Assembly: GCA_965217585.1 (NCBI GenBank)
Contig: OZ244561.1
Coordinates: 4,928,001-4,992,000 of the forward strand
DNA: 64,000 nucleotides
Direction: 5' to 3'
Origin: Candidatus Latescibacterota bacterium
GTDB lineage: Bacteria; Latescibacterota; UBA2968; UBA8231
Shown here: piece after piece, positions 49,458 to 58,320 of the stretch
Layout of the letters: every line of letters begins with the position of its first letter
How positions within the stretch are numbered: the stretch's first letter is position 1
Notes under the pieces: model-generated
Told to the model about the DNA's origin: nothing
Databases searched by the model: none
The model's input: only the letters and a program-made list of their open reading frames with translations
Translations under genes and position numbers: made by a program

Positions 49458-50666
49458 ATGATAAGTTCCCAGTACACCAAGGATTTGTGCATCCGGGACA
49501 GCGACGCCAAAATCGTCCTGTTGGTCGTCGATGGCTTGGGCGGGTTGCCCCATCCCGCCACTGGCAAGTCCGAGCTGGAGACGGCCCGGTTGTCCAACTT
49601 AGACGCGCTGGCCAAGGGGGGCACCTGCGGCCTGAGTTCGCCTTTAGGGGCCGGCTTTACTCCGGGCAGCGGCCCGGCCCATTTGGCCCTCTTTGGCTAC
49701 GACCCTTGGCAGAGCCAAATCGGTCGCGGTGCCCTTTCGGCCCTCGGTTTGGGGTTGGACTTCGCCCGCGGCGACGTGGCGGCGCGCCTCAATTTTTGCA
49801 CGGTGGATGCTGCGGGTCGGGTGTGCGATCGCCGCGCCGGCCGCATCCCCACGGAAAAAGGCCGCCAGCTTTGCGAAGTGCTAAGAGCGATCGCAGTGCC
49901 TGGGGTGGAGGTGCAGGTCGCCGCCGAGATGGAATACCGCGCCGGCGTGGTGTTGCGCGGCGCGGGCTTGGGCGACCAAGTCTCGGATTCAGATCCGCAG
50001 GTGACGGGCGTACTGCCCAAGCCCCTGACGGCGCTCGCGCCGGGTTCCCAGCGCACCGTTGAAGTGGCAGATGCCTTTTTAGAGCAAGCCGCCGCATTGC
50101 TCGCTGACGAACACCCGGCCAACATGGTGTTGCTGCGGGGATTTGGTCGCTACCCAGAACTGGTGTCGATGGACGAGGCGTACGGGTTGAAAGCACTGGG
50201 CATTGCTGGGTATCCCATGTACCGCGGCGTGGCCGGGGCCGTGGGCATGGATGTCGAAGAGGTCGGCTGGGATCTCGCATCCGAGTTCGCCTTGCTCGAA
50301 AGCCGCTATGCGGACTACGACTTTTTCTACGTCCACGTAAAGAAGACCGACAGCGCGGGTGAGGACGGCGATTTCGACTTGAAGGTGCGGCTGTTAGAGG
50401 AGGTAGATACCTACATTCCGCGGTTGCTCGCGCTGCAACCCGAGGTGCTCATCGTCACCGGCGATCACTCGACCCCTTCGATTATGCGCAGCCACAGTTG
50501 GCATCCGGTGCCCACGGTCATAGCCAGCCAGTGGGCGTTGGCCGACGCCGCGGATGAATTCTCCGAGCGCGGTTGCAGTGCCGGCAGTCTCGGAATCGCG
50601 CCGGCGACCAGCTTGATGGCCCTCGCGTTGGCCCACGCGCGCCGGCTCGACAAATTCGGCGCTTGA
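49458..50666 (+). CDS. apgM: 2,3-BPG-independent phosphoglycerate mutase (ApgM type)
   Basis: DGLGG, TPGSGPAHLALFGYDP, KKTDSAGEDG, TGDHSTP. Confidence 0.9.
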   Translation: MISSQYTKDLCIRDSDAKIVLLVVDGLGGLPHPATGKSELETARLSNLDALAKGGTCGLSSPLGAGFTPGSGPAHLALFGYDPWQSQIGRGALSALGLGLDFARGDVAARLNFCTVDAAGRVCDRRAGRIPTEKGRQLCEVLRAIAVPGVEVQVAAEMEYRAGVVLRGAGLGDQVSDSDPQVTGVLPKPLTALAPGSQRTVEVADAFLEQAAALLADEHPANMVLLRGFGRYPELVSMDEAYGLKALGIAGYPMYRGVAGAVGMDVEEVGWDLASEFALLESRYADYDFFYVHVKKTDSAGEDGDFDLKVRLLEEVDTYIPRLLALQPEVLIVTGDHSTPSIMRSHSWHPVPTVIASQWALADAADEFSERGCSAGSLGIAPATSLMALALAHARRLDKFGA

Positions 50667-50667
50667 G

Positions 50668-51516
50668 ATGATTACTCCCCTGCGCATTGCCCACCGTGGC
50701 GCATCCGGCCCAGGGCTGGCGCCCGAGAATACGTTGGCCGCTTGCGAAAAGGCCCTCCAGATCGGCGTCGATATACTCGAAATCGACGTACACGCCACCC
50801 GCGACGGTCAGATCGTGGTCTTGCACGACGCGGCGCTTGACCGGACTACCAACGGCACCGGGTTGGTCGCCGACCTCTTGGGTGAGGAAGTGCGCCAATT
50901 CGATGCTGGCCGCTGGTTTAGCGCTGATTTTGCCGACGAGCGCGTGCCCCTGCTCGAAGACGTGCTCGACTTAGCGAGGAATCAGGCCCTCGTGCTGATA
51001 GAGATCAAGGCCGATGGCATTGCCGAGCGCGTCCTGCAGGTAATTGAGGCGGCGAATGCGGCGGAGCGCGTCGTGGTGCAAGCGTTCAATCCGCAAACCG
51101 TCCAGCGGCTCAATTTGCTCGCCCCGACCCTGCCCACCGCGCTGTTGGTCGGCCAGTTGCCGACCACGCCCTCGCGGGTGCGTGCGCGCCGCCTCGTGCG
51201 TCAAGTGCTGCAAGTAGGGGCCAACGCGCTGGCGATGTGGTACGCGGCGCTGACCCCCCCCTTCCTCGAAGAGATGCGCAAGCGGGGTATTGCAGTCTGG
51301 GCTTGGACCGTTGACGAGGACATTGCAATGCGCGACTTGGCGACGATGGGGGTGCAAGGGATCATCACCAATCAGCCAGACCGGCTCAATCGAGTGCTCG
51401 ACGAACTGGTCGCCGACGGGCAACTGCGGCCGCCCTTGGGCCAGCGCGTCAAGCGCAGTCGCTGGGGTCGCCGCCGCCAATTGCGCAAGCTCAAGGCCGC
51501 CAAGAGGGATCGCTAA
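50668..51516 (+). CDS. Glycerophosphodiester phosphodiesterase
   Basis: IAHRGAS, PENTL, EIDV, WTVD, ITNQPD. Confidence 0.92.
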   Translation: MITPLRIAHRGASGPGLAPENTLAACEKALQIGVDILEIDVHATRDGQIVVLHDAALDRTTNGTGLVADLLGEEVRQFDAGRWFSADFADERVPLLEDVLDLARNQALVLIEIKADGIAERVLQVIEAANAAERVVVQAFNPQTVQRLNLLAPTLPTALLVGQLPTTPSRVRARRLVRQVLQVGANALAMWYAALTPPFLEEMRKRGIAVWAWTVDEDIAMRDLATMGVQGIITNQPDRLNRVLDELVADGQLRPPLGQRVKRSRWGRRRQLRKLKAAKRDR

Positions 51517-51546
51517 AGACTCGGTAGAGCGGGGAGGAGGTCGCAG

Positions 51547-51753
51547 ATGTTCTACACCTTGTTAGCCGTATTACTGCTGGTCGTCGTGGTGCTGAAGTTC
51601 TGGTCGCCCTTTGGCCAGCGGTGTCCCGAGTGCCAAATCCGCCGGGAAGATGCGGAATATCCCTTGTGTCCAAATTGCGGGTGGATATATGAAGTGCCCG
51701 GGGAAGAAGACGAGGATTTTGCGCCGGACGACGACGAAAATGCGAAATTCTGA
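51547..51753 (+). CDS. Small membrane-anchored zinc-ribbon protein
   Basis: TM helix, CPEC...CPNCG, acidic tail; GGAGG RBS. Confidence 0.7.
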   Translation: MFYTLLAVLLLVVVVLKFWSPFGQRCPECQIRREDAEYPLCPNCGWIYEVPGEEDEDFAPDDDENAKF

Positions 51754-51871
51754 AGGGCGCGAAGCCGCGTTGCTGCGCCCTGTTTGCGCTTGACAATTCC
51801 CTGTACTTCCCTTTAGATTGTCTCTGATTATATAGGGAAGCACAGAACGTTCAAACTCAGGAAGGTGGACC

Positions 51872-52495
51872 ATGAAAATGCGGGCAATATCGCTGTTTGT
51901 CGCCGTCGCGGTTTTGGCGGGCTGTGCCGACCCTCCCACAGCCGAGCTAGACGCGGCCAAGCAAGCCCTCGACTCGGCCCGGGATGTCGGTGCCGAGCAA
52001 TTTGCCGCCAGCGAGTACTCGGCCGCTCAGCGCGCGTACAACGAAGCTGAAGCAACGACCAACACCGAAGCCGAGCGCTTTTTCCTCTTCAAGGACTTTG
52101 AGCAGGCGCGAGCGCAAATCGCCGATGCCAAGACCAAAGCCATGCGGGCAGAGTCGTCTGCGGAAGCTGAAAAGAAACGCCAGAAGGAGTCGGCCGAAGC
52201 AGCGATTGCCGCCGCCCGCGACGCGGTCGGTGCCGCATATACCAGCTTAGAAGAGGCGCCGTCTGGCAAGGGCACGGAGGCCGATATTGAGGAACTGCGC
52301 GCCGAGTTGAGTGCGGCCGAAGCCGATATAGAAGCGGCCGAAACTGCGCTGAACAGCGAGAATTTCTCCGATGCCGAGTCCCTCGCCGACAGCGCGGATC
52401 AGAAGGCCACCGAGGTCGCCGACGGCGTGATGGTGGCCGTGGATAAATATCACGAGCTGGTCGAGAAGATGCGCCCTTGGTACGAGCGCATCTGA
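51872..52495 (+). CDS. Helical lipoprotein (DUF4398-like)
   Basis: Lipobox LAGC, PPTAELDAAKQAL, Ala/Glu-rich coiled coil; TTGACA at 51790. Confidence 0.75.
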   Translation: MKMRAISLFVAVAVLAGCADPPTAELDAAKQALDSARDVGAEQFAASEYSAAQRAYNEAEATTNTEAERFFLFKDFEQARAQIADAKTKAMRAESSAEAEKKRQKESAEAAIAAARDAVGAAYTSLEEAPSGKGTEADIEELRAELSAAEADIEAAETALNSENFSDAESLADSADQKATEVADGVMVAVDKYHELVEKMRPWYERI

Positions 52496-52505
52496 GCGCG
52501 CGCCA

Positions 52506-53099
52506 TTGCAAGCCCCAACCACAGGCGGCCGGGAGTTGCTCCCGGCCGCTTTGTTTTTTTTGCTGTCGCTGTGGGGGCCGCCCGCCGCGTCTGGGTCCGC
52601 GCTCTGGTTAGAGCACCAGCAACTGGTGCAAGCCGTTGGGCGCCACGACCTAGCTACTCCCTACATCGTCATCAACACCCAAGACAATCTAATCCTGCTC
52701 CGCGCGCGAGAGCAGGTGTTGCGCCAAGCCGCCTGTGCAACGGGCAGCGGCCGCAAGCTCGAAGGCGCCAAGCGGTGGCATCGCTGGACCTTCGACACCC
52801 CCAAGGGACGCTTCGCCATCCGCCGCAAAGTCGCCGACCCCCTGTGGACTCGGCCGACTTGGTTCTTTGTCGAAAACGACGAGGAAATTCCCATTTTCGC
52901 CGAGGATCCGCGGCGGTTCCAACGCGGGGTCTTGGGCACGTACGCATTGTACTTCCTCAAGGATTTTATGATCCACGGCACGCTCTTTGAAATCAACTTG
53001 GGCAAGAGCATAACCCACGGCTGCGTACGGGTGGGAAATGAGGATCTGGAGTACCTCTACGAAGCCGTCGAGATCGGCTGGCCGGTCTTTATCTACTAG
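52506..53099 (+). CDS. L,D-transpeptidase (YkuD family)
   Basis: TPKG, IHGT...THGCVRV catalytic motif; start uncertain. Confidence 0.88.
   Translation: MQAPTTGGRELLPAALFFLLSLWGPPAASGSALWLEHQQLVQAVGRHDLATPYIVINTQDNLILLRAREQVLRQAACATGSGRKLEGAKRWHRWTFDTPKGRFAIRRKVADPLWTRPTWFFVENDEEIPIFAEDPRRFQRGVLGTYALYFLKDFMIHGTLFEINLGKSITHGCVRVGNEDLEYLYEAVEIGWPVFIY
52523..52562 (+). terminator. Intrinsic terminator overlapping the start of the L,D-transpeptidase ORF
   Basis: GCGGCCGGGAG-ttg-CTCCCGGCCGC followed by TTTGTTTTTTT. Confidence 0.7.
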
Positions 53100-53108
53100 C
53101 AGTTAGCG

Positions 53109-53630
53109 ATGAAGCACCTAGCGTTGGTTTGGGCCTTTGCGTGCGGCGCGAGCGCGGCGTCGGCTGAGGACTTAGCCTATGTCAACGCTGCGTTGCGGGC
53201 TTGGTTGCAGGCCATAGAAGCGGACGCGCCGTACTTGCTGGTGGATCGGAGTGCGGCCGAGCTGCGGCTGATGCACGGGAAGGCGCTCTTGCGGCGCGTC
53301 CCGCTCGCGGCCGATTCCCTTGGGGAGCGACCGCTGGTGCAATCTTCGCTCGCGGCCCGGTTGCGGCGCTATCGACCCAGCAGCCCTTGGCGTGGCTTGG
53401 TTCCCAGCCCTTTCGACTGGGAACAGAACTTGGTCGTCGATGCCGCGGCCACCAGTGCCCTGTACTTCGCGAGCGGACTGCTGATCTATGCCAGCCCGGC
53501 TTGGCTTCGCCCTAGTGCTATGGGACTGCAAATCGGGGTCGCTGATTTGCGCGCTCTGTACAATGCCTGCGGCCCGGGCACTGCGCTCGTCGTCCTGCCC
53601 GCCAACTGGAGAGAGGGACCTCAGCAGTGA
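53109..53630 (+). CDS. Secreted hypothetical protein, possibly degenerate YkuD-like
   Basis: Signal peptide; YLLVD...LRL, LYF...LLIY, DLRALYN...GT echo the upstream LDT, but no HG/HGC motif. Confidence 0.5.
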   Translation: MKHLALVWAFACGASAASAEDLAYVNAALRAWLQAIEADAPYLLVDRSAAELRLMHGKALLRRVPLAADSLGERPLVQSSLAARLRRYRPSSPWRGLVPSPFDWEQNLVVDAAATSALYFASGLLIYASPAWLRPSAMGLQIGVADLRALYNACGPGTALVVLPANWREGPQQ

Positions 53631-54886
53631 CCTTATACTTTGGCGCGGTGGCCGCTGACATCACGCCGCCGGTCGGCATCGCAATGGGTGGGTATTGGGG
53701 GCGGCGGTCCGGGGCCACGCATATCCGTGATCGCCTCATGGCCAAGGCCCTTGTCTGCGGCCTCGGGTCGGCGCGCGTCGCCTTGGTCGCCGTCGATTTG
53801 GTGGGGTTGGACGCCGCCGTTGTGCGGGCGATTCGGGAGCGGGTAGCGTGCGCCACCGGCATCGAAGTCATGGCTGTGATGATCTGTGCCTCCCACACTC
53901 ACTCCGGCCCGCTAACCTTTCCCTTCCGGGGCATGGGCCGCATCGACAGCCGCTACTTGGAGCAGGTCGTGGACGCCGTGGTCGAGGTGGTGATAGCTGC
54001 TGCCGCCGACAGCCGACCGGGCCGCTTATACTATGCGCGCCCCCAGGTGCAGATAGGCCGCAATCGCCGGCCGCAGAGCGTCAAAGGCGAGTTTGTGCCC
54101 TACGCGCACGTGTTGCGCTTTGTCGCCGAGTACGGGGCGGAGGCCACGCTTTTTAGCTACGCCTGTCATCCGGTGGTTTTGGGCCGCGACAATCACCAGA
54201 TCAGCGCCGACTTCCCCGGGGTAGCGGCCCGCTGCATTGAGGCGGCGACCGGCGGGCGGGCTCTGTTTGTCAATGGGGCCTGCGGCGACGTCAACCCGCG
54301 GATCGCCAACGGCTCGTTTGCAGATGTGGAGTGCTTGGGGGAGGAGTTGGGGAGGGCCGTGCTGGAGGGGCGGGCGGAGGCCACGCCCGTGGACGCCTCG
54401 GCGCTACGCTGGGCGCACGAGCGATTGGATTTGCCGCTGAGACCCTTACCACCGCGCTGGCGTGCCGAGGCTGAGAAACTCAAATGGCATCTGCGGGCGC
54501 GTTTGGCGCGGGGCGGCGAGGTGCCCACAGCGCAGCTCGAATGGGCTGTGGCCATGCGCAAATGGGTGCGGGCTGGTGCGGAGCGCTCTCGGGTCCAGCC
54601 CTTTGAGCTACAGGCGTTGGCCCTTGGCGAGCTGGTGCTCTTGGGTATGGAAGGCGAGCTTTTTGCCCGCTATCAACTCGACTTGGAGGCCGCGCATGGA
54701 CCAGCCGTCTTGTGCGGCTTTGCCAATGGTTGCATTGGCTACGTGCCCACGGCCGACGAGTACGCGCGCGGCGGCTACGAGATTGACCTAGCCTACAAGG
54801 TCTATCCGAGCGTGCAGATGATTGCGCCGGTGAGCGAGTCGCTGATACGGCAGCGGGCTGCGGCGTTGGTAGCAAAAGTGCGCTAG
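53627..54886 (+). CDS. Neutral/alkaline ceramidase-like protein
   Basis: DITPP, SHTHSGP, YACHP, SADFPG, GACGDVNP, GYVPT. Confidence 0.82.
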   Translation: MTLYFGAVAADITPPVGIAMGGYWGRRSGATHIRDRLMAKALVCGLGSARVALVAVDLVGLDAAVVRAIRERVACATGIEVMAVMICASHTHSGPLTFPFRGMGRIDSRYLEQVVDAVVEVVIAAAADSRPGRLYYARPQVQIGRNRRPQSVKGEFVPYAHVLRFVAEYGAEATLFSYACHPVVLGRDNHQISADFPGVAARCIEAATGGRALFVNGACGDVNPRIANGSFADVECLGEELGRAVLEGRAEATPVDASALRWAHERLDLPLRPLPPRWRAEAEKLKWHLRARLARGGEVPTAQLEWAVAMRKWVRAGAERSRVQPFELQALALGELVLLGMEGELFARYQLDLEAAHGPAVLCGFANGCIGYVPTADEYARGGYEIDLAYKVYPSVQMIAPVSESLIRQRAAALVAKVR

Positions 54887-54904
54887 ATTACAACAGGAGG
54901 ATGT

Positions 54905-55579
54905 ATGCGCGATCTAGAGGTACTCTACGATCAAGTTCCGGCGACGCGGTGTGCTGGGACGGGCGATTGCTGTGCGCTCACGGACGAAGAGTTCGACACC
55001 TACTACGCCACTATGTTCCCGCTCTACCGGGCCGAATACGTCCACATCGTCGCCTATGTGGAGCGGCACTTTTCCCCTCAGCGTCGCCAGGAATTGCTGA
55101 GCTTTACCGAGGAGCGGCCCCGTCGCTGCCCCTTTCTCGGCGCGGACCATAGCTGTACCATCTATCCGGTGCGCCCACTGATTTGCCGCACGTACGGAGC
55201 GATGAATCCGGTCTCGATCGCCCGCCAAGCCCTCGCGCATCAGGGCGCTTTGCCGTCGGCGCAAATCCGCGCCTTTGTGCGTCGCGAGGCCGGCATGGTG
55301 TGTCCGCGGGTGGCCGTGCTGGAGCCGGAAAAGGTCGCGCGGCACGCCCGCATGCTCATCGAGGGGACGTACGAGCGCGAATTGACGCGGCTCAGCGCCG
55401 AGGTGGAGCTGACGGGCGGGATACGCAAACGGCTCTTCCAACGGCTCACCGGCCGGAGAGAGTGGCCGCTGCGCTGGTCTTGGGGGGGCTTTAATGCACT
55501 GCGCTTTGCGCCGCTGGCATGGCTGCGCCAGCACTTTGCTGCGTATTGGAAAAAAGCCGAGTTAATCGATGGCAAGTAA
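54905..55579 (+). CDS. YkgJ family cysteine-cluster protein
   Basis: CAGTGDCC, CPFL...CTIYPVRPLICR. Confidence 0.85.
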   Translation: MRDLEVLYDQVPATRCAGTGDCCALTDEEFDTYYATMFPLYRAEYVHIVAYVERHFSPQRRQELLSFTEERPRRCPFLGADHSCTIYPVRPLICRTYGAMNPVSIARQALAHQGALPSAQIRAFVRREAGMVCPRVAVLEPEKVARHARMLIEGTYERELTRLSAEVELTGGIRKRLFQRLTGRREWPLRWSWGGFNALRFAPLAWLRQHFAAYWKKAELIDGK

Positions 55580-55598
55580 CGCGAAAGGAGATTGCACC

Positions 55599-56756
55599 AT
55601 GCAACAATACCGAGTCGCTATTTTGGGCTGCCGCAGCCGGGGCACGGCCGCGGCCCGCGCGTATCATCAGCATCCCCGCACCGAGGTCGTAGCATTGTGC
55701 GACCTTGTGCCCGAGCGGCTGGCGGAACTCGGCGACGAGCTGGGGGTTGCGGCCCGCTACGACGACCTCGACCGGATGATCGAAGCCGAGGCCCCGGACA
55801 TCGTCGCCATCCCCACGGGCACTGAGTTCCACTATCCGCTCGCCATGCAAGTGCTGGAGCACAGAGTCCACATCGACATTGAAAAGCCGATCTGCACGAC
55901 CTTGGCCGAGGCTGACGCGGTTTTGGCCAAAGCCGCGGAGCAAGGGGTACAAGTAGCCGTACATCACCAAGGGCGCAGCGGCGGCGCGCTGCAAGCGGTC
56001 AAAGCGGCGATTGCCGAGGGCCGGATCGGCGACTTGCGCTATGTGCAGGGCAGCGGCAAGGGCTACTACGGAGGCTACGGCCTGATGAATATCGCCACGC
56101 ACTCGCTCAACGCCATGCTCGGAGTGGCTGGGCCGGTGCGGAGTGTCCAAGCTGTGGCCCTGACCGATGGCCGCCCGATCACGCCCGAGGATGTAGTGCC
56201 GTCGCCGAGCGGCATGGGCTACATCGCCGGCGAGCACGTGACCGCAGCCCTCGCCTTTGCCAGTGGGATTTCGGCCACTCTCTTGCAGCACCGCTTCCCC
56301 AAGATGGATTCAACGGCCTATATGATCGAGGTCTACGGCACCGAGGGTCGGCTCTACTGGAAGAGCGGTGCCCCGTGGTTTTTGTCCACGCCGCACTTTG
56401 CTCCCGGCCAAGCCGAGTGGCAGCCGCTCGCCCCCCTAGTGCCCGAACACTACGACCCGGCAGGCTCGGCTTCGGTAGAGGACTACCAGTTCGCCGATGA
56501 GTACGTGCAGGCGCTCGACGAGGGCCGTGCGCACGAGTGCTCGGGCGAGGCTGGTCGCCACGTGCTGGAGATCTTGATGGGGATTTTCGAGTCGGGGGCG
56601 CGTGGGAAGCGCGTGGATTTGCCGCAAGCGGACCGCGACCACCCGCTCTTGCGCTGGCGCGAGGAACACGGCCTGGGCCTGCCCAGTTCCATGCCGCGCC
56701 CGTATGCGGAGTGGCTCGCCGCTGAAGACCGCCGGTTGGGCCGGAGCGCGAGTTAG
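55599..56756 (+). CDS. Gfo/Idh/MocA family oxidoreductase
   Basis: ILGCRSRG, EKP, YGTEG; AAGGAG RBS. Confidence 0.88.
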   Translation: MQQYRVAILGCRSRGTAAARAYHQHPRTEVVALCDLVPERLAELGDELGVAARYDDLDRMIEAEAPDIVAIPTGTEFHYPLAMQVLEHRVHIDIEKPICTTLAEADAVLAKAAEQGVQVAVHHQGRSGGALQAVKAAIAEGRIGDLRYVQGSGKGYYGGYGLMNIATHSLNAMLGVAGPVRSVQAVALTDGRPITPEDVVPSPSGMGYIAGEHVTAALAFASGISATLLQHRFPKMDSTAYMIEVYGTEGRLYWKSGAPWFLSTPHFAPGQAEWQPLAPLVPEHYDPAGSASVEDYQFADEYVQALDEGRAHECSGEAGRHVLEILMGIFESGARGKRVDLPQADRDHPLLRWREEHGLGLPSSMPRPYAEWLAAEDRRLGRSAS

Positions 56757-58207
56757 CCTGCCAGTTTTCCCAACAGCCCCCAACCGCTGACGGCGGACGA
56801 GACGATCAGTACCACGGTCGAGAGTACCGCGCCGATGAGGACCCAGGCGCGGGTGCGGTAGGAGGCGGGTAGCTTGAAGTTGAGATAGATGGCTGCCACC
56901 ATCATCATGGCAATGGCCAGATTGGCGATGAGGAAGCCGGCGATCTGGGTCAGGATGTCGAAGGGGATGTTGTTCCAGACGATGAGCATGGTGGTGGCGA
57001 AGATGTAGAGGCAGATGACGCGCTTTATCGACTGATATTCCCAAGTGCGGTCGGGCCAGCGGGCGGCGAGAAACTCTTGGGCCACGCGGGCGTAGATTTC
57101 GGGGAGGGCTTGCAGGGTGCCCCACAGCGCGGCGAGGATGCAGACGTAGTAAATCCACACTAAGCTCGGATGAATCTGACGCCAGACGTGGGCTTGGTGC
57201 GTCAGTAGGTTCCAGCCCTCAAAGCGGGTCTCGAGCGGGAAGAGCACTGCCGCTCCAGAAACCATAAAGGCCCCGGTGACGATGAAGAGGACCAGCGCTC
57301 CCAGCGCCACGTCCCAGCGCAGCGGCGATACCCGTTGCCGCAGGTAATGGATTTGCTGGGGATCGTCGGGTAGGTAGTCGATGGTGTCGCTGCGGGCGGC
57401 GCGGGCGCGGATGGCCTCGATGTCCTTGTGGCCAGTCAGGCCCCACTTGTGCAGGCCGATCCAGTTGGCGTAGGCGATGTAGCCAATGACCGAGCCGCCG
57501 ACGTAGCCAAAAGTGGTGCCCAACGTCAGCAGCGGATGCGCGACTGTGTCGGCGGGTGCCCAGTCCGGGAAGGGAGGCAGGTCGCCAAAGCGGAAGGTCC
57601 CCACAAGCGCCGCGATCAGGTCTGGGCGCACGATGAGGGTCCCGGCAATGGTGCCCGTGACTAGGATCCCGCAGATGAGGAGCTGTTGCTTTTCAAGGCG
57701 TTCAAAGGACAGGCGGATACCAAAAAGCAGCGCCAAGGCAATAAAGGCCGAGGTTATGGCGTTTTCCCAGAAGACTTCTTCCTCGCCGGCGGGCAGCAGG
57801 TCGCGCAGCAAGAAGTGAAAAAGGTCGCCGCAGGGCTTGGAGACGGGCACCCAGGCTAGAGGTGCGCCGATCATTTCAAAGAGCAGAATGGTCAACAGCA
57901 GCCATCCACGCGGCCCGGGCAGGCGCACGAGGCGGTGGCCGATCAGCTCGCCGCTGACGGCTGTATAGCGGCCGATCAGATAGGTGAAGAAGACGCCCTT
58001 GACCAAGCAACTGAGCAAGACCATCCACAACAAACCATAGCCGGCCCAAGCCCCGGCCCGCACCACGACGATGGTCTCGCCGGCACCAATGGCGACCGAG
58101 GCGACGATGGCCGCCGGGCCGAAGACGGCGAGCATACCTAAGAGTTTCTGCAGCGACCAAGATTGGCCGAAGACGCCTTCGGGCGGCGGGATTTCTACTT
58201 TGTTCAT
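56753..58207 (-). CDS. Nramp-like/APC superfamily transporter
   Basis: GPAAIVASVAIGAGE, GYGLLW, IGRYTAVSGE; multiple TM segments. Confidence 0.8.
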   Translation of the reverse strand: MNKVEIPPPEGVFGQSWSLQKLLGMLAVFGPAAIVASVAIGAGETIVVVRAGAWAGYGLLWMVLLSCLVKGVFFTYLIGRYTAVSGELIGHRLVRLPGPRGWLLLTILLFEMIGAPLAWVPVSKPCGDLFHFLLRDLLPAGEEEVFWENAITSAFIALALLFGIRLSFERLEKQQLLICGILVTGTIAGTLIVRPDLIAALVGTFRFGDLPPFPDWAPADTVAHPLLTLGTTFGYVGGSVIGYIAYANWIGLHKWGLTGHKDIEAIRARAARSDTIDYLPDDPQQIHYLRQRVSPLRWDVALGALVLFIVTGAFMVSGAAVLFPLETRFEGWNLLTHQAHVWRQIHPSLVWIYYVCILAALWGTLQALPEIYARVAQEFLAARWPDRTWEYQSIKRVICLYIFATTMLIVWNNIPFDILTQIAGFLIANLAIAMMMVAAIYLNFKLPASYRTRAWVLIGAVLSTVVLIVSSAVSGWGLLGKLAG

Positions 58208-58208
58208 G

Positions 58209-58247
58209 CGAGGGGATGCGCTTTGCAGAGGGGAATAAGGCTCTGGG
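58209..58247. repeat. 39-bp degenerate copy of 63940-63978
   Basis: 35/39 identical by manual alignment; lies in a 22-codon mini-ORF 58272-58204 on the minus strand. Confidence 0.8.
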
Positions 58248-58320
58248 TGATGATGATGATGCGTAAATTCATGGTGGGCAAAGTACGGTGGGCGGATAGG
58301 TGGCGCAATAGGCCGCGCGC

